Assembly (NCBI GenBank): GCA_015680685.1
Contig: MNCI01003262.1
Span: 32,020 to 96,019, forward strand
Direction of reading: 5' to 3'
DNA length: 64,000 nt
From: Gnetum montanum
Lineage: Eukaryota; Plantae; Gnetophyta
The position numbers were made by a program, and so were the translations under genes. Positions within the stretch are counted from its first letter, which is position 1, and the number at the start of each line of letters is the position of its first letter. This document shows positions 37,273 to 52,200 of this stretch, piece after piece. Under the pieces are notes generated by a model. The model saw only the letters and a list, made by a program, of their open reading frames with translations. It did not search any database and was not told the DNA's origin.

Positions 37273-40200
37273 ATGGGGTCGGCCAATCGCGCGTGTTCAA
37301 TGCCACTGCCAGAGGAGAACATTCTTGCGATGCTGGATGTTATTGGCGTTGGAGAGAAGGGTGATATTAAAGATGACAGTATGGTCCTTATTCTCCATGA
37401 TTTTTTTAAGGACAATTGTTTCTTTCGTTTCATTATCCTCTGAGTTGTTAGTTTGCTAGCGAATTAAGGGAGATTTAAGGACAGCATGTGTTTTTTGAAT
37501 CAGTGATTTCTTTCCTCAATGCGGTTCGAGGTCTCTGTGTTACTCCGCAAACGCCACAAGCTCCTACGCGGTAAATTACTACTTTATACCTTAATCATGT
37601 TGGATTTCGCTGGTACTGAACCGTTGGTTTCTTATGCTTTTCCATCCACCGTGTTTTGGGTCATGACGAACTTCTTTTTACAAAGTTCAGGTAGTGTTTT
37701 TACCTGCTTGAATGTTGATGATTTCGAGGATACTGGACAGTGAATAAACAGGATGTCGTTAGTCTTTTTACAGCAATAATACGCTTTTAGATGTATTGTT
37801 GGTCCATATGTTAACGGAGATGATAATAAATTGATATGCTTGTGTTTCTAACGGTTTTTGTCTGACTTAAACGAAGGAAAATGCATGCAGCTGTATTCCG
37901 AATTTTCAGAGATAGTGAATACCTGGATCTCACAATCTTGAGCTTTCAATTATTGACTGACCTTGCAAAGGTACGCAGGAATTGATCTTAACATGGAACC
38001 TATTTTTTCAATGGGGATTCCAGTTTTTGTCTTACAGGTATTGTTGAATGCAGAGTTTTCCGTTAGTTACTGTTTCGAAAGATAAGTCCGGAAAACGGCT
38101 TCTCATTAACCGTGATGTAAGTCGTTGTCTGGTTGGTAATTTGGTGCAAATTCTACGTCCCTTATTGGTTTAAGCATAATCTGAATCGACATAATTGACA
38201 GGTGTGGTCTCCTTTTATTCTTAACTTGCCTAATAGTTCCAACAGAATGAATGGTCTTCCTAATGGAAGCTGTGAAGCATTGGATAGCCCTGTAAGTTGG
38301 TTGCTCTTTCATGCGGATATGTTTGTTCTTGGAGAAAGAATATAGTTTGGAGTTATTAGATTTTATTTTTGGCTGCATTTAATTCCATTGACAAAATAAT
38401 TCTGCTCTTTTAACAAAAATGTTGAATCTTCTTGGTTACGTTCTCAATTTTTGAACAATCCTTAAAGAAAGGAATTTAAAGCTTCTGGCCAACCATTGTT
38501 TTGGTATGGTTGGTAAAGCATACTTCAACAATACAATGTAAATATCTCATCTATGATAGTATCACATTTGTTGATGTGCCTCTGTTGTTGGCAAGTATTC
38601 ATTGGCAACTAATTCCCTTAAAAAAAGTAAAAATACATACTTCTTTGGTTCGCTACAAAAAATTTGGATTCAGCCTAACCTTTGTAAGAGCATTGGGTTA
38701 AAGAAGCAGCAAAAATTAATGGCTATCATGTTTACAATGAAAAGTTTTCTAAAAGTGGTTTGGGCATGTTAAGTTACTGTCAAGTGCAAGATTGCTGGGT
38801 TAATGCAATGATGATCTGACTTCACGTGCAGAGAAATCGATCTATTTGTTAATGATTTATATAGACATTGAATTTAATTACTTTTTTGTGTCTAACGGTC
38901 CAGTTTTGAAGTCCAGAGTTTCATTATCTGTAGCAATGTACATATTTAGCGACATTAAATCATATGTACTGTTTACCGAGTGAATGAACAATGAACAACA
39001 CAAATGAAAAATTGATTTCTGTTTTACATGCAAACCGGGGGTGAATAATGAGAATGATGACAGTACAAAAGAGGTTGTCTGATTATGATTTGGTACCTTC
39101 TTACAGTTACTGTAATGCCCATGATTTAAAAGATAGTTATTAAGTAGCAATAGTAATCCTGAAAAAACACATGGGGCAGTTTGAAAATGTGGTGCCAATA
39201 TGATATCCATTGGGATGAATTAACCAGATCTCAAGGGCCATGCAAGTGCTAAATTGGTAAGCTGTTTGAGAAAATAGAAAATCTACTGTACAGTAGGATA
39301 ACATTGAATCTCTAGACGAGAAAGGATTGCTTCCATGCATTACAAGGTTGGTTCGCTTTATAAGGGAGATGGTGAAGACGATAACCAAAATCCAAATTTC
39401 CAAATCAAGTCCAAGCCAAATGCACAATTAAACAATTACAAAAGCATTTTTATTACTTGGAATGAAAATTGAAACATGAAACAAGCTTACAGAATGATTT
39501 GGACCAAGTTTAGTATCCTAATGAACAACAAAAGTCTCTTCAACCCATGATGGTCTTCATGGATTGAGATAAGACATTCACACTTATACATTCAAAGCTT
39601 CACAACCCAATGACAATTTTTCCTTGGAAATGGGCTGGGTTATACTAATCTCAATCCAACGAGTTACAAGATACGAAAAAACGGACAAAGCTTGAGAACG
39701 AGAAATAGCAACCAATGCAATAGGCAAGCCTGGCTTAACCAGCACAAAAACAATGAACAAAAATAGACTGGCAGAGTGCAGCTCAACCTATGAGAATAAA
39801 AGTGTAGAATTCTATAGACAACCATTGTGGAGATGACGTCTCCCAAACACTAGGCCACACTCTAAAATGCCCAAACCTTTCTGAAGACATCTCCTCCATA
39901 AGCAGATGTCTTTTCTTGAGTAACAAACACGACACCAAATATTGAACAGGTTGATTTGAAAATCAGAAGAATAACCAAACACTATTGTGTTAGACTTAGC
40001 TAGGAACATATCAACAACATTGGTGAAAACAAGCATCATGCATAAAGTTGATGTAGTCCCTATCATCTTCATTATTTATAATGTAGTATATATCTTGGAT
40101 GTGTTGGAATGTAGAAGTCTCTTTTCCCACTTTGTTTGGATGGCACTGCATGGATGTTTTCCTGAAAGCTGAATGAATCTACATTCTTGAAATGTATGTG

Positions 40201-43200
40201 CTGGCATCCAACTCTTGGAAAGGGAAAACAACCAAGGTGAGAATCCTATCATAGGCATCCTTTTTCATTTGGTTTTTGTTCTTTGCATATACCTAGGCAA
40301 CCTGCTCTTTTGATTTCTGTAATGCCCTATCCTCAACACTGTTATTGTCAGACCCCTTCTTCGCTACATCTTCTTGACCCTTTGAAGTTTCATCTTGTTG
40401 CTGGGATGAGTTAGACATTGCGTCTCAGCCTATTTCTATATTGCTTGCTTGTCATCTCTCATCATGAGTCCCTCTTCCCTGATGTTGTAAGCTCTTGACC
40501 CATAAGGTTCAAAACAGTTAGAGTTGGGTTGGTAGTGGATCGCAGTTGGATCTAAAATAGCTAGGATCCATTTGGTTGCTGTCCATAGTGCTAAGATCAG
40601 ATCATAGTGTTTGGAATAATCCCTTTTCTACAAACATTGCAGAAGTGGTGGGATGGTTGATAGACCTTTTGTACTTCATGGCTTTTGGGAAGCTGAAATG
40701 CAACCTTTTGAGCTTTGACGCATTGCTAGATTAAATAAAGTATCTTTCTACTGCTTTATCGTGTATTGTCATACAGAGGGGAGTTTGGAGCATGGTATTT
40801 GCCCACTTGAAGTGTCTTGATGAGGGTTTTCTAGGAAGTCTACAACATCATGCTTACCCTAGTAGTAAATATTGAGTTTTTTTGCCTAGTTAGGGATTTG
40901 CAATATCTTTGTGATGGTTGCTTTATATAACGGGATGGAGTCATTCCTATATATAGTTTTCTTTCTCCTCCAGTTCCTATGAAACTTTGTTGGGTTAAGG
41001 TTCCTATCACCTTTTAATTTTAGAAGAAGGCCATCCCATTGTACATGCCATCCTACTGTACACATTGCACTAAATCCCAAAGCTTTGGAATGGTACTGAA
41101 TCGATTGGCTTTTGGCTCCACTGTTGGAGTAACCTCCATGGTTGCTTGCAGGAACTTGTAATCAATCCTGGCTGCTGCAGCTACAGGGAATGGGTTTGGA
41201 AGTGGAGCATCCGTAATGAACAATAGGATTCTTGGTTTTAAAATGTGCCAAAAGATAAGAGCATGGTGGCCTTTGTAGTTGATGAGTGACGACATAGGGA
41301 ACCGAGCTTCATGCCACATGTTAGAAGTCGTAGGGTAGTTCATGGAAAAATGATATGCTATCTCTGCCAGCCCCTTGCACATGGGGTAGATGTTGTTAGT
41401 GATAAGATGTCTCCCCTTCAAAGTGGCTCATGTGAGGATCCTCTCCCCTTGTGCCAACCAAAGTATTATTTTGATTTTCTTCGGGAAACTCCCTACCACT
41501 TTGACTTCCAATTTCACAATGCTCTGTTCTTGGCCTTGAGAATCTAAGCTATTATTGGGGGAGAGGATGGTCCCAAAACATTAAACCCCATTTCATTAAG
41601 GTGTTGTTGTTGAGTGCAAAGCCTTTTTTAAAGAGTAGAGTTTCTTGGATTGGAAGTCCACATTTGGTACTGGTGTTGTATCATGCTGATCCAAGGAGAT
41701 TTTGATACTAGATTTGATGAATGAGTTTGGCAGTAGTAACAAGGGTAGTATCTTTGATGGTCTATATTCTGCATCCTCTGTATTGTGTTGGCTTGGCTAT
41801 ATCATTCCATTTAGCAAGGTGGATTCATTTATTGCCTTTCCGTCCAAACCAAATAATGTCCTTGATAGTTTTATTGAGTTCCTTAATAACAGGAGCAAGA
41901 GGAGATGATGGACACTTTGCATCTTATCATCACAATAATGATGGAAGTGGTTAGGATACATTTACCTTTATTAGATAGAAACTTATTGGTCCAATTATTG
42001 TGTTTGCTTTGTGTGCTTTGGATTAATGATTTTCAATTATTACTTCTGTGCCATTTGAATACTAGGAATCCCATGGAAACATCCTCCTCTAAACCTGCAA
42101 TCATCTCTAGTTCCTGCAGGATGTTGGCCTTCAAAGAAGGGGCAATGTGGAAGAAATAGGCCTTGGATTTAACAAATGGCCATCCCAAGCATTCAACAAA
42201 TTATTCTATTTATGGATTCACGTGAACTAGAAGATATTTCCATCAAAGGTTCCAATTATACTTGCTGTAACATGCAACCACTTCAACATCAGGTGCTCAA
42301 CAAGATTGATTGCTTTTGGTTGCCTTGGATCACAGACTTTGTTACTATTCCTCTTTATGGTCACACCAAAAAGGGCACCTTTCAAATTTGAGCCTTTTTT
42401 TTTTGGCTCTCTAAGGATATCATTTACAACTAGGTAGCTAGCATTTGGGCCTCCCATAATAACACTCAACCCACAGGAATTTTTTACAAATGGACTATAG
42501 AAACTTAAAAGCTTCATTAACAATTGTAAATTTTAGGATATGTCATCTTGAAGCGATCAAGGAGGATTCAACAAATTAGAGAAATAGACCAAGTATTTAA
42601 CAAAGAAGGAAGTCATCTAGAAGTGATAAATCTTGGTGAGCACCTGATGTTGGAGTGATTGCTTGTTAGAGAAAGTATGATTGGAACCTTTGATGGGAAA
42701 ATCTTCTAGTTCACGTGAAGCCATGAATTGAATAATTTGTTGAATGCTTGGGATGGCCATTTGTTTCCTTCCTTCTTTTTCCCATTGATATAATTAAAAT
42801 CTTCCCCCACCAGTCAATTGATGTTCTTAGGAACATATGCTACCATCTTTGCAAGGAACATGTATCTCTGTTTTGGAGATTATGGATCGTAGAAGTCTGA
42901 TGTACAAAATAATGTATTTGGCAAGTAACAATGGATAAAATAATCAAATTTAGAGATAATGTGTAAGGGTCACTTATTAATGATCACAAAGTCCTCCCAC
43001 CATGTTTTTAGAAGGAATGGTGAGGGTTTACCAATCTTGCCATTGTAGATAAGATTGCTCATGTGGTAGAAGTTTTGTTTTTTGAGGAACAATAAACTAA
43101 GCATCCTAGTCTCAAGCTAAGGAAAGAAGGAAATGTCTAAGAGGTTTCTAAGCCCATGAGTTCCATGAGATGAACTTCATCACTTCACTACATTCCACTT

Positions 43201-46200
43201 GTTGCATGCAAAATGTTTTAGAGTTATTTGTGTCCCAATTGCAATTCTTCTAGGGATTCTATAAAATGAGTTTGTATAGTGATGGTCTACCTAGCTTCTT
43301 GGATGTATCAACCTTGTGTGGATCAAAGGGGGAGATGTCTACCACTTCCATGTCTATATCTTCCATTATGGAACTCGTGGTTTCAACTAGTGTGGTAGGG
43401 AATCTATTACCAAGAGAGATGTTGGCATTGTTTAGCTCCTCAACCCCATTTTTGACTAGTATTGAGACCATTGTTTGTCGAAGTTGTTGTGCTTACATTG
43501 ATGTCTAAGGTGATACTGGGTCTAAGGCATTATTTTCTTGTGCTTCATGGCCCTTTGTGTCTTGAATTGATTGTAGGCTTCAATAGCACTGGGGCGGTTG
43601 TTGCTTTCTTGGTCTCCTCATTGTGTTTCCTGTTATGATACTCTTTGCTCAAGTGCCCTCCATTTCTATAGAAACCACATTTATTTGTTCTAGGTTTTCC
43701 TATTTGACATTTATCCTCTTGGGTTTGTAACTCCCCTAGCTCCTTTTTCCTGTTTTTGGAATCTAGTACTTGGTGACTAGGCTTTCCATAGTGGTTGTGG
43801 GTTAATGATCTCTTTAGGCAGTATTGCATGATATGGGCCTTGCTAATGCATGGCTTGCATCATGGTGGAATGTTTTTGTATTCCACCTTGAGCACATTAG
43901 TTTCTCACTTACTAGTTAGTTTAATATTTGATACATTTTTGGTGTTTTCAAAACCCATCCAAATTTAGAAATGGGCAATAACAAAGTAGGGTTGTTATGA
44001 TGATCCCTTGTCGAAAAAGATCAGTTCCCCAAACTTCTAGGCGATTGTTTCTAGCAATCCCCTAACCTAGTATTTTATTGTAAAGCTTGGGATGTGAATC
44101 CAAATTGGGGCTCGTTCAAAGATGGAGCTATCAAATTGTGTTCTTAGCCTTCATTGTGCCAACATGATCACTTGTGAGGACATTGTCTCAATCCTTAGCC
44201 AAAGAGAAGTAGGAGAGTAGCATGTCATTAGGCAGTGCCAAAATTTGAAATTGTTGAATGTTTGTTCATCTAGTGGTGGCCCAATTGTGACTTTGCTTGA
44301 TCTGAGGTCTAAGGCCTATTCAAACAAATTTTGTGATTAGTGTAAACTCTAGTCTCTTGTTTGCACTGTCACAATAGGAATTTAGCATTTGAAGCTTGAG
44401 GTGGCAAACCTACAAGGAAGGTCCCATCATCAAGACTCAAAGGAGGAAAATACTAGCCACTCAAGGTCACTACAACCCACAAATGCAACACACGCACTTG
44501 TGGTTGCTATGATGCTCCCTAGGACCCATCTTATCTCATTCAATCATTACCACTTATATTTTCTCTTGATGTAGGTAGTTCTCGCTTACATATGTGCGTG
44601 CGACACACAATGTGCCACGGCACTTCTGCACTCCCATTCTCTTGCCTGCCTAGCGAATTTGAAACCTTCCAACCAATGACAATTTTAAACCTTAAAAATA
44701 AAATTTTTAATTTTTCATAATATTACATTAAAAATGTTTTAGATAATTATGGTGTTTACAAAATCTTTTGCTTATATGGAAAATATTACATTGGTCAACC
44801 TAGCTAAACTTTTCAGTTAGACTGAAAGAACTTCTGAAAGATATACTACACAATGAAAGATAATAGTGGAATTATTTGCATTATGGATAACCATATAAAT
44901 AGAAATATTACATAAACTTTTAAAATTAGAAGCCATTCCATTGGGTTGTTTTACCAACTTTGCTTAGAGGCTTCTTTTAACAAATGGGGCCTGTTTATAA
45001 AACTTGATTAAATAAAGTTTATTTGAATACTTATTTCTTGTTTTTAGCTTTTTATAAAAATGTAATTTATCAACAATTCTTGGTCTTTAGTACATTTTAT
45101 TTACTTTTGTTTTATTGGTACTTCAATTTATATAGGTTATTTTTTTCCTGTCTGTAGTTCATATTTTTTTTTTCAAAAAAGTTCAGGAAATATATTAATA
45201 TAAACATGATTGTACAAAAAAAATGGCCTGAAGGCCCTACACACCCGATTTCAGCCAACCACCCGCACAAGCAAAGTCGGGTGAAGTCAACCCCCACCAG
45301 CAGCATCATGCTGGTGTGAAAAAGATGACAAAACCTCAAAAGGACAAAATAGGCAACAAAAGCTAGAATTGGCACAACCAAAGGCGAAGTCAAAACATAG
45401 CAAATTGGCCCCACAACCAAAAAGCATCACCCTTATAAACGGGTGGGAAGGCCAGAGTACTCACAGTACGCCCTCTCCTCCTCATGGGTTCTATCCAGTG
45501 TATTCCTATGATGTTCTAAATCCACAAAATGAGCTACCTCTTGGAAGTTTTTGAACTCCTTTGCTTTCCCATACATTCCTCCTTCATGCCCTTACCATCC
45601 GGATGCAAGTCTTTGCCACTGCACCTAACGTGGCACCGAAGCGCATGCCACGAAGTGGTACGCCCTATGTTCATAATAACGTAAGGGCATTGTCCCTACC
45701 TTTGCCAAGCCTTGGCCCTTTGCGCATGAGCCCGATCCAACTGTTGGTGGATCATGGCTACCTCCTGTTCCTTGTGTGCACATCTATCTTGATCTTCCTT
45801 TTCCCGAAGCTCCTGCAGGTGCACCTCCTCCTGGATTTGCACCTGTAGACCCTTCTGTAGCTCCCTCTCTAGGGCTTCCCTAACAGCTGCCTCCACCAAA
45901 TCCTTCTTTGCTGCTCCTCTAGGTCTTGTTCTTGTTGCAGGTGCTTGACCTCATCTAGTTGGCATTGAATTGCAGCCTCACACTTATCCCATCTCTTTTG
46001 CCAAAGAGCCCTTTCCTCTTGGCATGCCCTCAACGCCATTGCCTCAATTTGCCCTGCTATCCTAGTATCTTGGCACGGAATGGCAATAGAGCCCAAACCT
46101 CTTGACACACCATTAGTACCACCTTTCCCAGCTGAAACCTCCAACACCACTCCCCTAGACCCCCTAGGGGGGGTGGGGGGTAGCCCAATAGCTGGTCCAC

Positions 46201-49200
46201 CCCCAACCAACCCCCCTAGAGCCTTCACTCTCTAACCCATTGGAGACCTCCACCATAGTCGGCACCACACATTGTGAACGCCTTCTCGCGAAGACCATGC
46301 ACATTGGAGCCCCACCCCTTGAAGGAGGTACCCCCATGGCTGCCACCTGCCACAACGCTAAAATAAGACTAGAATGTCGGCCCTATCGCTGTCTTCGCAA
46401 TGTGTCAAGGAAAAACGTGGTAAGTTAACCGGCACACCCTACTGCAAGCAACACATAAAGGCAAAGTGAAGTCCCATTAATTTGGATACATTACCTGAAT
46501 GAACAAAAAATTGCTTTGCCAACTTCTTGGCATCTTGCCATAGTGTCAATAGAGTTGACTTCAAAACCTGCCCACTTCCAATCTTGGGGATGGGCCTGGT
46601 GAAAAAATCCGCAGTATCTTGCAAACCCTGCCCATGTAAGGGAATTACCTCCCCCTCCATGAGCAGCCCCAACAACGCCACCACAGACTCCACAATCAAG
46701 GTAATGCACAACCCCCTAAACAAAGTAACATTGCCCATGCAATTCATGAAAAAAGGCCTCATCAGCCAAGTCCACCTCCCCTTGCACCTGGGGAAGAAGA
46801 TCCACCCACCCAGCTCATTGAACCAACTCCCAAAGTGCCGGGTTGGCTTGGAAAGCATCACAATTTGGTTCCACTATCAGTGTTACCCCCATGGCCACCC
46901 GCGCTTCCACCCACAGTTGAAGACCTTGAGCCACAATTTGTGTTAGTGGAGGCAGTGCCACACCCTGAAACACTCAGCAATTATGCGCTTTCCACAGTGC
47001 CCAGAGAACCGTTGTTGCCTGAGAATCCCTAGAAATTTTCAAATTTGAAAGTCCTTTACTAGCTATTATTTTTGTCATAAAATCAACCATTAGATCTTAA
47101 GAGCTAGTTCTTAGTTATATTTATATTTGCACCTTTGTTAGTTTTTTAAAGTTTATTTTGCATTTAGGAAATTGGACTGGATTCTATAGTCAGAATGTTT
47201 TGGCTTGTATTTCCTTGTTTCTGCTTCTATATGCTTTCTCAAAATAGAAAAAGCAGAATTTCAAATGCATGAAAATGTTTTATATTTTAGTATTTTAACT
47301 GGATGTGTTTCTTATTAAATTATCTGAATCTTCTTCTATAAGCACATTTCTTATCAATTAATTTAATAGCATGGAACATTAAGTGTCAGTCCCAATGGAA
47401 AAATTATCTGTAGAATTCTTTTTTTTTTGAGTAAAGTTTGGGGTTTATTAACTAAAAAAAAGATTTATGTACAAGCAGAAATATCATGTTCGTCTGGCCC
47501 CTCTCCACAGCAGAGAGTGCACCTAGGACTAGGCCTCATCCACCAAAACCCCATCCCCCAAAATCTACCCTCACGACATGTTCTCCCCCTTGGCCTGAAA
47601 CTGGTCATCAACATCTACAATCCGACTTGCAATTTCCAGGTCACAACATACCAATACAAACCCTTGATCCTCACCCTAAAATAAATTGTCTAGATGCAAC
47701 TCTGTAGAGCAAAAATATTCCTACCCTTAGACCACAAATGGACCAAACCCTAGAACGACATCCCCATAACAACCTACTCTTTAGTACTCCCACTTTCTTG
47801 AGCTGGCCCTTGTCATGCCACGTCTTTTTGGGCCGCACTAGCTCTTCCAAAGCTAGCTTTGCCCAAAGTTGAACCTGTAACTCTTCCCTCAGCTCATCTC
47901 GTAGCTCCCTCAAAAAGGCCGCCTCATGCCTTTGCTTGTTCCGCTCCACCTCCTATTGTAGCTCCACCTGCTATATCTCTGCTAGATCTGCAACACACCT
48001 AGTAACTGACCTAGTTGCAACCCTGGTCCTCTGCGTCGTTCTTGAAGTACCCTCCATCCCCAAGCCCTTGCCCTTTTGTTTCTCCTTCGTTGCCGTCGGC
48101 TCTTTTTCCCTCAGGGTATACTATGCTTGCCTCCTCACATAAACCAATAGTTCCAATCTTGGCAAACCCAACACAATTGGCGCCCCAGATGTCCAAGGTA
48201 CTGGAATTAGACTGGGATGCCAACCTGGCCATTTGTGCTGTAAATAATCCAAAAGGAAATGTGGCACATTTACCTGCAATCTATGTTTCAGACACTGCAC
48301 TTACGTGAAATGCATCCCCAACAACTTGTGCTGGCAACCTAATTGAACTGGAAAACGATCTATTAGCATTGTTGTGGCCTGCCAAAATGAGGGTAGCATC
48401 AAATTTCGTACATGACCACTAGCAATCCTAGGTATCGTGCCCCTAAAAAACTCTTTGGTGTACCTTTGGCTGTCCCCCTCCGACGACATCTTAATCACCT
48501 CCACTAAGACTGACTCCGTTAGACGAATTCTCTTGCCCCGAAACAACATCTCATCACTTTCCCAATTGGAAAAGAAGGTTTGATCCGCTAGCCCTGGTTC
48601 TCCTTCAATCCTTTGCAACATTCTTGCCCACCCAGCCCTCTCAATGAACCCCCAAAGGTCAATGCTCTTCCTGAATTCTGTGACTGCAAGTTCATACAAA
48701 TGTGCCTGTCCCATATTGCTCAATGCTTTCTCCCATAAATTCAGCACCGCCTTGGCAGTAACAGTTAGCAACAGTAGCCCAATTCCATGAAAAATCAGGT
48801 TATTATGGCACTTCCACCTTTTGCCCACAGCATTGCCAGCTCCTTGGAATCACCGCTCAGTTTTAGTGGTGGCACCAACCTAGCTACCCTCCAAATGGCT
48901 TGAATATAGGGACAATGGTAAACAAAATGATCTAATGTTTCTTTGTTTGTTGTAGATAGCAGGCAATTTGAGGTAACATTTATGCCTTGATCTCTCAACA
49001 ACCGCCTCATTGGCAACACGTTATGAGCAATAAGCCACGTGAAGGCCTTTATCTTTTCGGGAGGCCTCCCTCTCCAAATATCTGTCCATCTAGCAAATGG
49101 TGGATGTATGGCCTTGGTCAAATCCTTAGGCACATTGCCCAAAAGGCCTCTCTCTAGCATCTTGTGAGCATGCTTGTAGATGTTTTGCCAAAGCCATGAT

Positions 49201-52200
49201 CCCCTCCGTATTCACTTCCCATCTCCGGTACTTCTGCCTCAACATCCTGATCCATTGTGCTTGCTTGACCTCTCGCCCTATTAGTCGATTCACCAGCCAT
49301 TGTAGTACCAACTTAATCTTGTCTTTGAAGGGTAAAATACCAATCCCACTAGCATTCCTTGGTCTCGTTGTATTCTCCTAGCAAACCAAATGAAGCTTAT
49401 GGCCATCCTTCCTCCTAGACCAAATGAAACATCGAATGACTTGGTCAATGTTTTGGATTGCCCTTGCAAGTGGTGCAGCCATGGAGGCTGTGAACCGTGC
49501 CACTGCTGTAAGGACTTTAGATGCTAACAACATCTTACCCTTTCTAGACAAAAGCTGATTAACCCAATGTTCAGTCTTCTTTTGCAGTTTCTAGATCAGC
49601 ATTGCCTAGGTCTTTTGATGGTGCCATTCGAAAATAGGCATCCCTAAATAAGAATCATGAGAAAGTCCTGGTAGGATTCCCAGCACCTGAGAAATCCTCC
49701 CTCTGACCTGCACTGTTGTGTTAACCATATGGATAGCAGACTTTGCTTTGTTGACCACCAACCCAACTTTTTGCTCCAACTGCTCTAGGGCCTGCTAGAG
49801 CACCGTTGCTTGGGGGACAACAGCCTACGAGAAAAGAATAGTGTCATCAGTGTAGTGTGTAGCAAGACAGTGCATACCAACAATCTCCAAACCTCGCATT
49901 CCCTCATCAGCACAATATTGTTGCAGTAAATCCATCACTAATATGAATAGCAGTGGGGATAGTGGATCCCCTTGCCGTAAACCCCTTCTTGGCACATGAA
50001 AACCCCATAATCTACCATCAATATCAAAGGAGTATCTGTAGAATTCTTAGATTAGTATTCTTTTTCCCGTTTTCTTTTTTTCTTTTTGTCCTTTTTTTTT
50101 TGACCAAGGTAAGAAAGAATAATATTAATTCTGTAATGTTAAAATTTACAAAAGTCAGGCTGTCCACATGGCCATTAGAAGGTTAGCAGTATCCCAATGT
50201 TAATCCAAAAACAAACTAAAGGCCTGGTTGCTAAACAATAATGTACATACAAAAGATCATATTTTCACAAGAAAGACAATATAAACAATTTTTATTTTTG
50301 TGCAAGAAGATTTGTAATTTAGTTTGCATAACATAACATCACATACATATTACATACAAACTAGCCTGGATGCGCATCTGTTGTATTGAGCGCTGCAATG
50401 GAAGGTGTGAGCTTGTTTGCACTAGCAATGTTGTATCAGATAGGGTTTTTTAGTATAATGATAGTTCAGCACTATGGAAATTTTAATAACAATTCTAAAA
50501 TTTGTTATTTATTTTGAGACAATGTTCGGGATTATATTACTAAGGAAAAAAGGAGAAACTGTACAATCAAATTTGTTATTTTTGATTAGGAATCCTTTAT
50601 AAGTTTTTGAAAGTTTCTTTTAATGCTGAATTGTGAATATGCATTGGCATTGCCATATAAAAATGTTAATTGATAGGGTTCTTTTAATGATTGACAAATT
50701 TCGTCTGTATTTATCCAGTTTAGACATAATAAAATCCCCTGGATGGAATTAAGGGATTGTCAGAAGCTAATAAGCGAACTGTATGCATGCTATTTGTTTT
50801 GGGATATCATCCAAAACAAGTAGCATTAAGGTCATTTCTTGTTTTCATTGCAGAACCTGTTTTCGTTGATTGAAAAACTTGAGTTAGATATTTGTGCTGA
50901 TTCGCCAAGGTCTTCAGCAGCAAAGCCTAATCCATTTAAGATGCCTGTGACACCTGGAGGACATGTAAGTGTTTGTGTTCATACCAAGTTCTTGATATTC
51001 TGCTTTATTTTACACTCTTACTCTTTGACACAGCTGGTTTAAGCATGTTTTTTATGAACTAGTATTATCATATGATAAATATACATTTCACGTAGTCATG
51101 CACTTGACTTGGATGTGCCATTCTAATCATGAAAATATGATAATTGTTTCTAAACGTTTTGACTGGTTGCTGGGAAAGAGGAGCATTGTTCATGTTTAGT
51201 GGTTAACATTAGTTATTGCAATTGNCGTCGTGATCTGTGGGCCCCAGGGGAACCTTACTTGCTCCATGGTGGGCTNAAAAGCTAAATGCTTGTCCCACCA
51301 AGTGGGGTTTTGGGATGGTTAGCGGATGAATGAACACCTAACCTCTTTTTCGAGTGGTTGCACCATTGTTTAAACCTAGGCCTCACAACTTTAGAAATGA
51401 GGCCCTAGAAAAACTTATTACAAGAAATAGACTAATTAAGAAATATGTTTGTCAATGAGTGCATTTAAGTTTGTTGATGTGCGTAATAGGTTGCGAGTGT
51501 AAGTTGTGCATAAGACACCATTATGTTACACCTATGTTCTACCAAAGATTTATGTTGGCTATATGGTAAGGGTGTACATATAGTGATATGTTCAAGTAAA
51601 TTTTTGGTATTTATTTTATTTTTATTTATGTATCAAGGCATGTGATGACTTGATTCAAGTATATGGCTTGAATTCTATAAGCTATAGGTTTGATTTTAAT
51701 AGTTCTCCTCTCCTTAATTCCTTACCCCTCAACCTAGCATAGTTTCTCCTTCCTTGGCCAAGTTAAAAATGAAGGGCAAACACCCCTCTATTTATAGGAT
51801 GGAGGAGACCATAAGCATAGAAAAGGACTTGTGCACAAAAGTTTACACAATTGGCATAGACTAAACAACCCATTCTCCAAAAGTTCATTTGTTATTAATG
51901 ACATCATTGCTACTTGACTTAGACAAGCAAGCTATCATGAGGGAGTGGACATGTGACAGTGACAACACTCAAGAGAGCCACATGATCCCTATTAAATGAG
52001 TCCTTTGTCCCTTTTCCAGCCATTAATATGAAGTAGACAATTAACATATAAATAAAATATATGTTATCATAACCATGTCATAAGCATACATCACCATCCT
52101 ACAATGACTTTTCTTATGGCCCCACCTTTTTGTGTTGTTTTAAGTCATTTTTTACTTTATAAGTTATAAGGGTTTCTAATTTATTTTTTGGCCTTTTATC

